The position numbers and the translations under genes are program-made. A stretch of DNA of 64,000 nt from Raillietiella orientalis (taxonomy: Eukaryota), in NCBI GenBank assembly GCA_036172245.1, contig JAYWIR010000028.1, positions 2,232,001-2,296,000 of the forward strand, given 5' to 3'. The notes below the pieces were generated by a model, which did no database searches, was not told the origin of the DNA, and worked only from the letters and a program-made list of their open reading frames with translations. Below, in pieces: positions 37,142 through 49,799 of the stretch. Position 1 is the first letter of the stretch. The number at the start of each line of letters is the position of its first letter.

Positions 37142-37759
37142 TTCCTCAGGAGTGTGCACCGTGGGCCAAGCATCGTGAGCAGAGGCTCCAAGCCTCACAT
37201 AGCCACTGGTGAAAACAGCCAGATGGCGCCCCAACCCACTGAGCAGCACATTCGGATCGTTTTTCGGGGGATTTCTTTGTGACTACCATGCAGCGCACTC
37301 CGGGAACTCCTGGCAGGATGGGCGTGCGGTGTGATGGAGCGTGCCCAAGGGCTGTCCATCCGCGACGCAGTGCTGCCAGGTGCGGCCCTCGGGACCGCTG
37401 GCGAGGCTGGTCCGTGGGGGATTTCGTGGGAAACCCCCAGACGCGGGGAAATTCTCGCCCCAAGTGACGACGAGGCCGTTTTCCCGAGCACCGACTCCGC
37501 CGTTGGCCGGTACGCCGGGGCAGAACTCTGCTGCACGCGTCACCTGAGGAAAAGCCGGCGGACGGGGCGCACGTCGACGGCCGCGCACCCGGCCGCCTCA
37601 CCCGCCAAAAGAGAGCCGCCATCGCCGGCTAACCACCTCCGTAGCCGCCACTTCTGTCTCATCTCGGCTTCCTCTTCCCCCTCCTTCCGCCCTGCAGAGG
37701 CACGAAGGGCGATGAAGCCTGGGAGATGAAGAGTAGAAAGGAAGGGGAAAGGAGGGGGG

Positions 37760-38130
37760 GAACTCTAAGAAAGGATCCAGCGCTCGCCGACTTCCGAAAG
37801 AAGTGCCAGCAAGACATTTCGGAAGCCCTTCTTTTTGTCTGGGGGTAGCCGGCTCTTCAGAAGACCCATCAATGGTTCTGTCGTTCTTTCGCGCCGCGAG
37901 GAAAGGGGACTGCTCTCTGATCCCTTCCCAAGCTTCTCTGTCTTTGAACTTCGTCCGGGGGACCTCAGAAACGTAGGAAGCAAAGGGCTGCTCGTCTTCA
38001 GCTCAAAACGGAGGCAGCAGAGAGGTCAGGAAGACTGGAGGCGATCGCTTTTGCATCCGGTACGGGACGGCAGGAGGAGAGCACCCGGGAGACATCCTGC
38101 GGAGCCTCTGCGGATGGGTTTCCTTTTGCC
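37760..38130 (-). mobile_element. Possible Penelope-like fragment (pre-RT region)
   Basis: EKLGKGSE resembles the motif at 13.4 kb; the string aaacgtaggaa occurs at both 13.55 kb and 37.97 kb; weak. Confidence 0.25.
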
Positions 38131-38649
38131 CTAGGATCCACTCGTCAGCCTCCTCCCCAGCGTGTGTTAAGTGAAGCGCGCGGTCCTTTCCCCGTTTTCC
38201 GCCCTGCCCATCTCTGCACACAATCTCATCATGTTCCCTTCCCACCTCCTCCCTTCTTCCTCCTCCTCCTCTTGCTCCAGTTCTCTGCATTCTTGACCTC
38301 TTCCTTTCCTCCTCCTCCCATCCCCGACTCCAGCACTGCAGATAGAAGGAACGAAGGTCTCTTGCCTCTCCACGAGCCAAGGACTTACTGCTGATGGCAG
38401 AAAAGAAAAGAGCGGGAGGAAAACGAAAGCCAACATTTCATTGGTCAGCAAGCGGGCCTCTTCCCTGTCCCGAGGAAGATTGCGACTTGCGTCGAGAAGG
38501 TTGCACCGTCCCCTCAAGCATGAGGCACCGCACGGGTGCAGAGGCATTTTCTCCAAGGTGCCTCCCCACTTCCCCCTTTCTCTCCCTCCTCCGTTGCCGT
38601 CCCGGAGTGCGCCGCAGCGCCCCGCGTCTCCGCCGACGCCGCGTGCGTG

Positions 38650-39550
38650 AACGTGCAACGCGCCGGGTCGACGGCTGGTTCACAGTTCGGGTGCGTCGGG
38701 CCCCAGAGGGAAAGAGGCCCCTACGATGCATTCCTGACGTGCTCGACCTGATGATGACAGGCACAGGATTGATGGGCCGCGAGGATTCCCCCCGGGACGT
38801 AGGGATCGGCGGGAAAGGCGGAGTGATGACGCCGTTGTAAGCGAGGGCGAGCGAGGCAAGGGGTTCCTGGAGCAGCGGGTGAAGGAGGATCCCCAGACCT
38901 ACCCCCGTACCCGATGCTGTGCGGCACCCGCGCCTGACGCTCGCCTCCGCCCCTCGCTTCGGGGAAGGCGGCGGACTCGCGCGCTTTCCGCGTTGTGACG
39001 CCACGTTCGCGGGGCTGCCAGCGACAAGCCAGCAGACCATTCCCCCCATCTTGCACCCTGAAGAAAGAGGAAGAAGTTCTTCCCGTCCGACTACCTTGCA
39101 AAAGACCCTAGGGGAAGTCGTTGGGACTCTGACTGCGGTCCCCCGGTGAAGCTCGCCTAGCTAGGATGTAAAGAGGCGGTCCTGCGTACGGGAGAGATGT
39201 GAGAAGCTACAGCACCTGGAGACGGACTCTCTTTTTCCTTGCTTTCCTTTTCGGAAAAAAGCAAGGAAGTCTACTCCGGTTCCTCCCGAACTTGAGTGGG
39301 AACGAGTGTCCTTCCGAGCGACGCCGCTTCGGAGGAAGTCCCGCTTTCCTTTTCCAGAGCCTGCGCTGACCCGTCAAGCATGCTGAACATCGCACAACCT
39401 GTCTTCCCGAAGCTCCGATGTAGCTTGAGGCTGTCCTCCCGAAGACTTCTAGGCTGGCGAGCATTCCTTCATACCCCACCCTCACCCCCATTCCTGGATA
39501 CGACGCGGGCGCGGCGCGGACTACTTTCTCGCCCCCGAGAGCCGCAATAT
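38650..39550 (-). mobile_element. Decayed L1/Tx1-like RT
   Basis: SVRRGCRT....GILLHPLLQEPLASL (rG.RQG.PLS.lLf.l..EPLa, characteristic of L1/Tx1) at ~38850-38940. Confidence 0.5.
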
Positions 39551-40399
39551 CGTCCGGGACCTCACGAAAAAGCGTTCCTCAGGGCAGGAGGGTAACACGG
39601 CGTGTGGCATCCCCAAGCTGTTCCGGGTGTTTCCTCAGGTCGAGACAGAGTTCCAGAAATTCCGTCCAAGTCTCCCACATACCGCCTACTTGCGCAAGCA
39701 GAAATCAAACCGTTAGCATCATCCAAGTTGCTATGGAAGTGAAGGCGAGTCGAGGGAAGAGGAAAGGGAAAGAGAGAGAGAGAAGGAAAAAGGGGGGGGG
39801 GACAAAGGGGTGGGAGGTCTTCGAGTGGACGAACTTAATTCTGGGAGTGCTTTCGCTCCTGTGCAGCGAAGGCAACGCGCGCGACACGGGATTAAAAAAA
39901 AAAAAAACGTCCAAAAACGCGCGCTTTCTTCCTCCCCCCCCCCCTCCCGTCTGCCTGTCCCCCGCTTTTGTCGGAGGACGGGCCGCATCTGCTCGCCGAG
40001 CTGATCTGGTTAAGAGATCATCCGTCCGCGCGCTTCCTGGGGGGAAGCGCAGCGGCCTCCCCTGCTGCCTTTGAGGGCCGCGCTCCACCACCCCACTGCT
40101 GCGCTTTTGTATCCTGGCGTGTCACCCACTCCCGATTGGGGACCATCCGAGTGAGCGAGAATGATGAAGTCACCCCCGGCACGGAAACAAACACGGGGAC
40201 GCGCCCCATTGTACCCCCATTGTCTGCGTCGCGAGGGGAGCGACGCCGGAGAAAAGGGAGAAAGTCAGGCCGTTTGATGGGGTACAAATTGATTTCGCGT
40301 GGGGGAGGAGGGAGGGGGACGGCGGACGGGACGATCCACTTTGGGAGCCAATCAACCGTGCCTCGAAGCGCGGCGACCTCGAAGGGGACCGGGAAGGAT

Positions 40400-41000
40400 T
40401 CCTCGCATTCCTTTCGGTCTAGGAACTCCAGGACGCCGACGCCGACGCGCTCCAGAGAAGCCGGCCGGGAAGGGTGCACCATCGGGAGACCAACCAACCC
40501 GTTTCCCTTCCACGAGGAGCGCGCCGCAGGCTATTGCCTGCCTCCGGCGAAATCCCTGCTCCCCTACTTTTTCAAGTCGGAGCGGGAGTAGGTTGAGGCG
40601 TAGCCCGTACAGACAGAGGCGCCGGCTGCGGCAAGGGGCCACCTCTCCGGCGAGTTGTCGTCACTCGAAGTGGCAGGTCCGCCTCTACCATCCCGGCTGG
40701 AACCTGGAAACTGGACCTCCCCTCGATGCTAATTGCCCTCGGGGTTCGAATGGCAAGAAGGAACCCTGCCCGCCCGCCCTCGCCTGTCAGGCGAGCAGCA
40801 CCCGTTCATCACCGAGCGTGGGATCAACAGTCGAGCTGCTCGGGGAATCGGGCCCGCGGGAACGGCAGGAATGGGGGAAGGGGGGGGGGGCGAAGAACGT
40901 AAAGTATCGGGGAAGGAGAGAGCAGTGCCCGGACCCCCCAGGCAGCTGCTACCCGGATACCCCCAGCTACTCCAGTCTGCTCTCCCATGACGCCCTGGGT
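40400..41000 (-). mobile_element. Decayed R2/NeSL-like 3' fragment
   Basis: E*LGVS (kYLGv) then LRLNLLPLR...IACG...E (R.N.LP....Cr.CG...E) at ~40510-40602. Confidence 0.5.
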
Positions 41001-41009
41001 TTTTGCAGC

Positions 41010-41280
41010 TGTACTTCCTCCTCCGTCCCCTTGCATCCTTCTCCCCCATTCCTGTCCTTCTCCCTCTCTCCTCCTCCTGTTTTTCCCCCATCTCCTTCCT
41101 TCTCCTTACTCCTTTCCATCTCTTCCTCCCTTCTTCCTCTCCTTTCTTTTTCCAGTCCTCCCCTTCCTCCTCCAGTTCTAATCCCCTTGGTCTGCTCCTG
41201 CTGTTCGCTCTTGCTCTTATGCCCTTCTGGTCCGTCTGCCCTCCTCCTTCTCTCCCCCTCTCAGAAGGAACCCTCCTCGA
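41010..41280. repeat. Long polypyrimidine/polypurine low-complexity tract
   Basis: About 270 bp of predominantly C/T on the plus strand. Confidence 0.85.
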
Positions 41281-41649
41281 CACCATTATTCCTGCAGTTG
41301 ACCCAGAATGACCTAAATTTTCCAGCTGCCGCGGCGGGACGCGGATCGGCTTCCCGCGCCGCCCCCTCCGCTATGACGGATTTATGTAAACACGGCGCGG
41401 GAGAACTCCGGACCCGCTAATCGCCGCCTCTCCTCGGTCCTTAGCGGGCAATCTGGAAGCCATTCAGAGACGTTATGGAGGGAATTCCGCTATCCCCTCA
41501 GGAGCGGCGCTCACGTCGGGATGGGGTCGCTCCCGACGTGCGTTCCCTCCCCGATCGCACACTGATCCGGGATTTCCCGCGATGGAATGAGTAGAGAACG
41601 CCGCCGGGGGCTGTCTGCCGGCAGGGAACGGGAGCTCGGCACCGCCCAC

Positions 41650-42650
41650 CAGGCAAGGAAAGGAAGGCGCCTCTCCATGGGCGATGGCGCCGTCTTTCGT
41701 CCCCTCCACAGCTACGCAGGGTGGAAACGCCGGAAGAGCCCCACAAACCAGCCACCTACCTCACCCTCTTCCCTCTGTCGGAGGATGCTCGCACGCGTGG
41801 CGTGGTGGGACAAACTCGATGCAGCCCTCGGGGCGGTGCGCGTCCCTCGCTATCGCCCTCAGGCGGAATTGGAACGGCGCGAAGAGTCCAAGGATGGCGT
41901 CGCTGAGCTACCCTGGGACTATTGGAAAGCCCCAAGGGTGGTGCTGCAGCGAAAGGTTAGAGAAGAGGGCGGGGAAAGACTGATCCCATCATTTCTGGAG
42001 AGATTCTGGAACTCTTCACGGGAGGATCCAGGCAGGAGGCTGAGGAGGGCATGGGATTACGGGAATGAACCCCTCTCTCTCCTGTCTACTAGCAGCCACG
42101 GGACCCCGCGGTATTCTGCCCTCTGGAGACTTCTCTAGAGCATCAACAGGAGAGTAGTAACCATAGACAGCTCCTCTTCCTTCATCCGTGCTCCCCTCAT
42201 CCAAGATCAGGGATTTGCGCGGAACCTGAGGAAGGATTCGGAGAGGCATGGAGCTGAGTCCCCTGTGGTGCTCGCATCCCAGCGAGCCAATGGATTCTTC
42301 TTCGCTCGGGAGGGATCTCTTTGCTGACCCCGGGGCCTTCCCATTACCCGAAAATGAGGAAGTTCCGAGCTCCAATCTCCTGAAGCTCCTTCCGGGAAGG
42401 CGCGCGTTCCCAGGGACGCGGATGGGGAGGCGATCCCCTCGTGTCTTCCTCGCCAGCTTCCACGGAGAAATTCGCCTCTCTGTAAGATGTTGCCTCTGCC
42501 GCCGTGAACCGGACTAATTTGATTCTTCTGCTCAATTGGGCACAAGCTCGTGGGGGTCGTCTCCAGCAGCTGGGGTGGTTGCGCACTCCCTTTGTCTGAA
42601 AGCTGCCCTCAGGGGGACACTTGCTCTCCGCGGCATCCCAAAAGCTGCAG
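41650..42650 (-). mobile_element. Decayed Penelope-like RT
   Basis: LVRFTAAEATSYREANF (lvtfDv.sLY.nI) then ELGTSSFSGNGK...SAK (n.F.fngk.y.Q.kG). Confidence 0.45.
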
Positions 42651-42909
42651 GATTTCATGAGATGGAAACCGCGAACTGGGAGGAAAGACAGCTGATTGGC
42701 TGCTGCCCCTTGCCCGTGCTCCTCTGCCTGGGAGACTGCGGCGTTTCGCGACGAAGGAATTATCTCAAGCCGTTCGGGGGACTCCTTCAGCGTCTCCTTC
42801 TTCTCGGTCTGGACACGATGCTTCCCTGGTGACCCCGAGGACCCGCAATTCTAGAGACCACCACCAGACGCGTTTCCATCCACGGTGATCCGACGCGAGT
42901 CGTTCATTG

Positions 42910-43290
42910 TCTTTCCCAAAGGTTGTAACGAGTGACTGCGGCCAAAAAAAAAAAACAGTCGGAGGGGTTTCACACAGCTTCCACCATCTGCCAATCAGAC
43001 CGGAAGCTCGCCGGCAGTGGCTCATCCTGGCTGGTGACCTTGGATGCGCCGCATTCACGTGTCCGGCTGCACTGCCTTCGGCGCACATCATCCCCTGATT
43101 TCTGCCCACCTGCGAGGGGTCCCAGATCCTCCAAGAATCTCTTCGTTTCTCAGGCCCCAGGCACCCAGAGATCCTGCTGCCAGCGCTCGCGCTGAAGCAG
43201 TCACTCCTCGGGAGGCGGGAAGAGGCAACAGTTTCCCGTTTCCGTGCCGCCTGAGTTCCAGGACCGTTGACAGCGTCCCCTATGTACAGT
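42910..43290 (+). mobile_element. THAP zinc-finger-containing DNA transposon remnant, copy 1
   Basis: DCGQKKKTVGGVSHSFHHLPIRPEARRQWL...SAH fits THAP C..C...FH.FP...R..W...CS.HF; collinear DNA homology with 50395-50750. Confidence 0.6.
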
Positions 43291-43399
43291 CCTCTCTCCC
43301 CTCCTAAAATCCCGAATTTTACACAGCAGCAGCCGAAGCTCCCGCGGCATCAGCGTCGTTGCTTTTCGCTGCCTCGTTCATCGGCGCCACGCAGCGCCA

Positions 43400-44030
43400 A
43401 TCCAACCGCGCCAAAACTCCGGGATGTCTGCTCCCCCTTTCCCACTATCCTCGAGACCAATCTCCAAGAAACGGAACAATCGCGCCGCAGCCTTCGGGCA
43501 TCATATTTATGTTGACTCGGCTCTCCGAGACTGCCGGTCCGGGGGTCAGCGGGTGCTTCAATTATTCAAGCGCCGTGCAGCGGCCGGTATCGGGCGGCGG
43601 AGCAGCCGGTGTGCCCTTTCGCTTAGAAGTCCGGGGACCCGGGAGACGCGGATGCAAAGGAGAAGAAGGCTGCTTTGGAACTCCCGGATCCTTGGGAGAT
43701 ACATAACGCGCCCATCCTGGGATGGGGAAGGCGTCAGCGACGTCTGCCGTGCCCGCGTAGTGCAAAACGAGGCGAGCTGGCGGCTGAGGAGGCGGCGCCT
43801 TCTGGTAGCTCCTCGGCTACCCGCACGCTGGAGTCCAGCGTCTGGGATGACTTGAGGCGCCCACCCGGGGATGGGTCGGTTTCCCGCGCGACCCCTTCCC
43901 CCGCAGCTTCCTCCCTCGAGGCGCTGGGAAAGTCGGCCGGCCGGTCCGCGGGGCGGAAATCGATACGGCTGCTCCCGGAGGTAATGACGGACGGTATTGC
44001 GGAACGGTTCGGTTCCGCATCCATCACGGG
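43400..44030 (-). mobile_element. Decayed RLE-type RT core
   Basis: QYRPSL, ADVADAFP (43727-43746; Dv.kAF), GVP and RKGTP....CTALE (G..QG...lE), in order. Confidence 0.55.
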
Positions 44031-45899
44031 GGCGATCTCAATTTCACGTGGGGAGTCAAGGAGGAGGCGCGCGCACGCGGGGGGAGGGAGAGGAGGAGAA
44101 GGGAAGGAGGGGGGGAGCGCGCTCAGCCGCGGGAGTTCGAAACGCGGAGAGCGCGCTCCAGGGAGACGGGTGCCTTCCCCATCTCGCACCGCGGCTCCAG
44201 CGCCTCGCGCCCGGAACGCCGGCTCCATAAATTCGTCTCACGTTGAAACAACTTAATCAAAGTTCAGCGCGGAATGATCTGCATAAGCAGCCATTGGCGG
44301 GAGAAATTGATGGCCCTGTTTTCGGGACAGGGAAATCGAATTCCGCGTGATGAGCGGATTCCTCGCTTTGCGGGCCCCGTAATGGTCGCGAATTCAATTT
44401 GCTTTTTTCGACACACGCCAAACGGTTACCATCCATCATCCACAAATGAACGATTGGGGGATAAAAATTTGTGTTCGGAGGAGATTGCGAGGCCTGGAAC
44501 ACATTCGTGCACACGGGGAGACGGCCGCTTGGGAGGAGGAAGCGTGATTTATAGCGGGAGTGAACGCTTGACAAATGCCGAATTGCGGCGCCGGGAGAGC
44601 GGAGAAAGGAGGAAGAGGAGGGGGGAGGAAGAAGGCGAGCAAGGAGAGGGGAGGAAGGGAGGCTACGTCCCCGAGGATCTGGGAGCCGCGGACGGATCGG
44701 CGAGGGCGCACGCGCTTGCCGCGTGCCCTGCTCGTAGAGAGAGAGAGAGAGCCTCGTCCCGCATCACAGGGAAAGGACTCCGTTCCCCCTCCCCCTCTCT
44801 CTCCCTACAGGAGCGAAACCCGGCGACACCTTCATGGACGCGAATCATCTCTGGCGCGGGCGGGAAAACGCGCCCGTCAATTTGATTTTTTAAGGAGCTC
44901 TAATGCTTTCTCCTGACTGCGCCATCAAGGGCGCAGGTCTCCGGAAGAGGACCTCGCCTCTCCCAGGACATGCACAAAAATAGCTCGCGCGCTTCCCTCT
45001 TCCCTCTCGAGGGGGGAAAACAACGGGAATTTATCCTCCTCCAGGGTGGAATCTCCGTGCGCGGCCGCCTCTCCTCCCGGGACCGGAGACCGCTCCGTAC
45101 ACCCCCTCGTCTGGCGTCCACTCCAGAAGGCAGGAGGTCTTCCCGACGCGCTCCCTAGGCCGTGGGAAGAGCCAGGTGCGGAAGGTGGTCGAAGTCGAAG
45201 GCTCCTGAGGAAGAATGAGACGCCATCCGTGGCGAGCAGGAGAAGAAGCGGAAAAGAGGGAACCCTGGGAGCTCGATCCGAGTCACTGCCGGGAAAGATC
45301 TCAGAAGAAGACATTTGACAGGCGCTGACTGGGAAGAGTATTCATAGGTTGCCATCCGCACCCTATAATTAATAGACGAACGGAGAAGCGAGAGTGAGAA
45401 GGGAGGAAATATCGCCATGGAGACTTCATTTTTTTGTTGGGAGAAGGGGAGGATGCCTCTCACGGAGTGGGTGGAAAGGCGCTGCCGCTTGCCCTACGGG
45501 TGGAGAGTCAGGAGCGTATCTTTCCTGTAGCAGTCCTCAAGAGGGGAGTCTACTGCCTGCGGAATCCTCCGGGAAAGGCTGGGGAGTTTTCGGCATTCTG
45601 CCGAGGAACTCCGCGGAGACGGACTATTCGCTCGTCTCACTGGAGTGTAAGGGCCAGAGGCGCGCGCCCTGCTCTCTGCTGACTCCGGCGAACTTTCCTC
45701 CATCACCTCGCTTCCAGGCTGCTCCGGACCGCGTCTGCATTTCCGGCCACGCCACGGGCGCTTGATGCAGGGACAACGAGCTCGCGCGACCGGAACTGAA
45801 TCCGAACGTCCGGAGGAAGATCATCGTTCCCGAACGCTTCTTGGCGACACTAGAAGACACTTCCGGGAATCCGTGGATCGTCTGCAGAGCTCCCGGAAT

Positions 45900-47400
45900 C
45901 ATCGAAAGGTGTTCACATCGTCTCGGCTCGCGTTTTCCTCTTCGTGTCCTTTCTGGTTCCTCATGAGCTGCTGGCGGAGTAAAGGGACCAGTAGGAGGAG
46001 ACCTTCCCTATTTTCCCTGGCAGTCACCCCAACCAAAGGTTCTGCTCATTTTCCCGCTCCACATAAGGAGAAGAGGATCCACCATCAGCACTGGTGCTGC
46101 AGCTCGTGATGCACCGGTCGAGGTCAGCGCTCAAGACATCAAAGAATCCGAGACCTATTCCTCTACGAGGACTTCTGATCATGCTTCAGCATCAGGCACC
46201 ACGCGCAACTATCATGAGTGGGAAATGCGAGTCCAATTCTACTGAAATAACGTAAAAAAAAAAAAAAAAAAACAAAAAAAAAAACGCATAGAGGCTCCAT
46301 CTCGTCACCTCACCCCCTCCCTAGTAATAATGCGGAGAAAATGCTGGAAGACGAGCCACCGCACGTGCTGCAGTTGCAAACCTTTCTCTCTCTGCAGGTG
46401 TGCGTGGACAGCGTGCCGCAGGCGGTTCTGACAGCGGAGATCCTTTCCTAGGACAGTGCTATGTGCTGAGGTCTTCCTGAGCCTCCCTGGTGTGTTGCCC
46501 GTCTGGTGAGGAACAGCGCCACTGGAACTTCTCTTCTTGCGTTCACCGTCGGGTCCAGCTCCTCCGAGGCTACAGACGTCGCCGCGCGGCTCTCATGGAA
46601 AGCGAGGATATCTGCACGCACGGGGCTCCCGCAGGAGGACGCTGTAGTCCACCGTGTCCCAGGGGACGCAGCAGTCCCAGGCGAGAGCCCGTTGGAATCC
46701 CTCTGTGCCAGGTGCGCCTCCGATCCCTGGAGTTCCCGAAGAAGATCTGCATGATCCATGCGGTGGAGGGAAGCCATCTTTAATTCGGTAGTTGCACAGG
46801 AAATGGAGGCACCTCCCGCCATGAGAAGCAACAAGGAACCAGGAATACAAGAGCTCTTTCTTAAAAGATGCAGTGCGTTCAGCGCTTGGACATTTTCGGA
46901 GCCAATGCTCTCGGTGATTCCTCCGGAAGGGGAGGCGATTAAAAAGGGGGAGAGGCACCCGAGACACGTCACCGATCCTGACCTGGGGCCCACCATAGGC
47001 ATGCTGCCTTCTCTCGTAACCGTGGAGTGTTGCCTGACGTAGTCGGGGAAGTTCCATCAGCACTCACAGCTTTTGCAGATGTAGAGCCCAGCAGCCATAC
47101 AGCCGGAGATCGGAGAAAGCAACTGGCGACACGGTGTGGTCCAGGACGCCGAGAATCCTTACCCAAGCGTCGCCTCTTTTGCCTCGGACGACGCGCCCAT
47201 TGGTGCGGAAGATATTTCCAAAAACTAATCCGATGACCTCTTTCCTGACCATTCCCCCCCTCTCTGGATCTGGGTTCAACGCCTTTCCAAGTGTCACCCA
47301 GCACCGGGCCGCGCGGGTTTTCTCCCAGCTCCACTGCAGACGGAAGCCAGCTGCTTCTGACCGCCGAACTTACAAGAACTTCCAGGAGTGAAGACCAGGA
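45900..47400 (-). mobile_element. Decayed LINE RT (Jockey/I-like), interrupted by an island at ~46230-46440
   Basis: APGQD (46974-46990), NGLSPG (Q.GF.pG), NARREVPVALFL (a.....avflD), and LGVT near 46020. Confidence 0.55.
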
Positions 47401-48068
47401 CCTCAGGAACTTCTGCCATCTCCCGGTCTTATATGTTTACTTTTTGCTGCTCCTTTCTTATCCCTACGAACCTCTGTTTCGGTGATTGCGGCGAGCGGAC
47501 TGATCGCGGCGCGAAAGCACAAAGGCAGGAGATTGTCCTCGCCCTGTCCTGAGAGGAACCGCGAACAAAAGGTGAGTCCCGGTGGGGTCAAGGCCAAAAG
47601 TACTCACCGAAAATTTCCTCTTTTCTTCCCTCCCCCCTGTTCCGCCGGGTTCTTTGTGTCGCTCCCGTTAAAGAGAGACGCATGTGCATCCACGGCGAGC
47701 GGCAGTCCCTGTTCGGCGGCAGCAGCGGTGAGCGAGACGGTACTCCCAAGGACTGGCTCGGAACAGGAAGTCGATCTTTTCCAGGAACACGGCTCTGCAC
47801 ACTCGACTCCTGGGCAACCTCTGCTTCCAGTAGGCGCAGAAGAAAAAAAAAAGAGGAAGAGGAGGGGGAGGAATAAGAGAGAGAAGTGCTCGGGTGGCCC
47901 GCTTTTTCCCCTCCTTCCTTTCAGCAGTGAGTGCTTCGCTCCAATCAATGAAGCGGTCTTTGGAGGACGCTCGGAAAAAAGGGGGAAGCTTTTCCAGGAA
48001 TCTTCGGTTCGTTTCCAAACACGGGCAGCACAAAAGAGACCGGGACCAACGAGAAGTCGCTCACTTGA

Positions 48069-48137
48069 TAAAAAAAAAAAAAAAAAAAAAAATTGAAAGA
48101 AAGAAAGAAAGAAAGAAAGAAAGAAAAAGGAAAAAAG
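48069..48137. repeat. Poly-A plus (AAAG)n tract
   Basis: Read directly. Confidence 0.9.
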
Positions 48138-48799
48138 GCGCAGAGAAATGACTTTCGAGTCTTTCGGCGAGGGGGCAAGAGGAGAGGGAAATGCGCACGC
48201 GCTTTATTTACGCCGCCCGACTCCCGGCTCAACGGGCTCGGCATAATAGGGGAAGGCTATCAGCACCTCCCTGCCCTTAAGAGACGCGCGCGCCGGGATG
48301 GCCTCTGCGCCGCCGGGAGCGATCCAGCAATAACGCAGCACCCCGGCTAAGAATAATGGACTGGAAAGAGGAGTTCTCGCCGACCGCAGCCGGAGAAACG
48401 CGCGCTTTCCTGTGCGATGGGGCGCACGGTGAGACGAGGAGAGCACCATTCGGCGGGTCTCGGCAACTGGAAGCACGCGTTTTGTCTCTGCCTGATGGAC
48501 TGCTTTGTGGAAGGAAAAGAGAAAGACGTCACTGCTGCTTGGGACCAAAAAAAAAAAGGAGGGGGAAGGAGGGAGGAGAGAAAAAGCAGGCTCCCCCCCT
48601 TTCTTCGTCGCTTCTTCTCCCGTGCCCCTTCCTCCTGGAAGGGGATGGGAGGGGTAGCAGTCGGACAGCGCCGTCCAGCGCGGGGCAGGGGTGCCAGCTC
48701 GGGTGGGAAGAGCGGCAGCGCTTCCCGAGAAGCGCGCAGGTGCGAAAGAAACGAGAGAGGCCCGTCCGCGCTGCTCCAGTCCAAGCAGCTTCCGGTAAA

Positions 48800-49055
48800 G
48801 AGATAAAGAGAGCTGCGCGAATGGCAATTATCTCGAGATCACGAATTATCGGCCGCGCTATCAGCAGAAATAGTCAGTCTTTTACTAATGGCGTTCAGGA
48901 ATTGTTTATCCTTTCTCCGGCGCTCTTATCATGATCCAATAATAGTCGAGAGAGAAAGATAAAGATACGCTTTCCCTTTTTATGCAACAGCCAGATAATT
49001 TCCACTGATCTTTTTTTTTTCCTCGAAATGAAGGAAAACGGTGACTCCTTATCAG
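48800..49055. promoter_or_regulatory. Dense GATA-motif cluster (candidate enhancer)
   Basis: Ten GATA/TATC cores in ~255 bp; seven are full WGATAR, at 48801, 48828, 48858, 48926, 48957, 48993 and 49049. Confidence 0.5.
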
Positions 49056-49799
49056 CCCCGGCGGGTTTGCATTTCTCCTCCCTCCTCCCCGGGATCCGCA
49101 GGATGATTTACGACTGTTGACTCTGGCGATCCGCCTGTTTGCTCCTTCGAGATGTTTTCAGCTTATTGGATTGCAACTCTCTCCGTGGACCACGCAGGAA
49201 GAAAGGCTGCGAAGCCTGACGAAAAAGGAAAGAAGGGAAAAAAAAAGAACCAGCGAGGGGTGAGGAATTCCGCTCAAGGGAGGAGCAAAGAGCTGGGAGG
49301 GAACGGGACGGGAGCCACGACGAACGGGGATGAGGGAGCCGGTGCTTCGAGTGCGCTCCCAAGGTGCGCACTCGAAGCACCTGGCCTGGGCGGCGCGAAA
49401 GGCTGCGGCTCCAGATGGCGCTCCGGAAAAGTGTCCTGAAATCCCGCCGAAGGAAAGGTAAGCCACCACTACGGAAGGCTTCGCTCTTTCAGGGCAGGGA
49501 TTCCTACAAACCCCAAAGGGATATCGGTATGCCGGTGATAGAGGAGGAAGAAAACGACAAGAAAACTGGCGAGCGACCTTCCTGGAGCTGGTGAGCAGAT
49601 CTGCTACTTGACCCGGGACTTTTTGATCATTGAGGATGCTGCACAGTGCGATGACTGTCACTAGAACGCTTTCATTTAGAAAGAGGGATTGCAGCTGACC
49701 GACGTCTGCCTTCATCTTCGCTGAAAGGCTCTTCTCACTCTTTGGAGCTGCGAGCAGTCTACAATCTCAACACCAAGGGGGGGAAGAAGATGAAGTACC

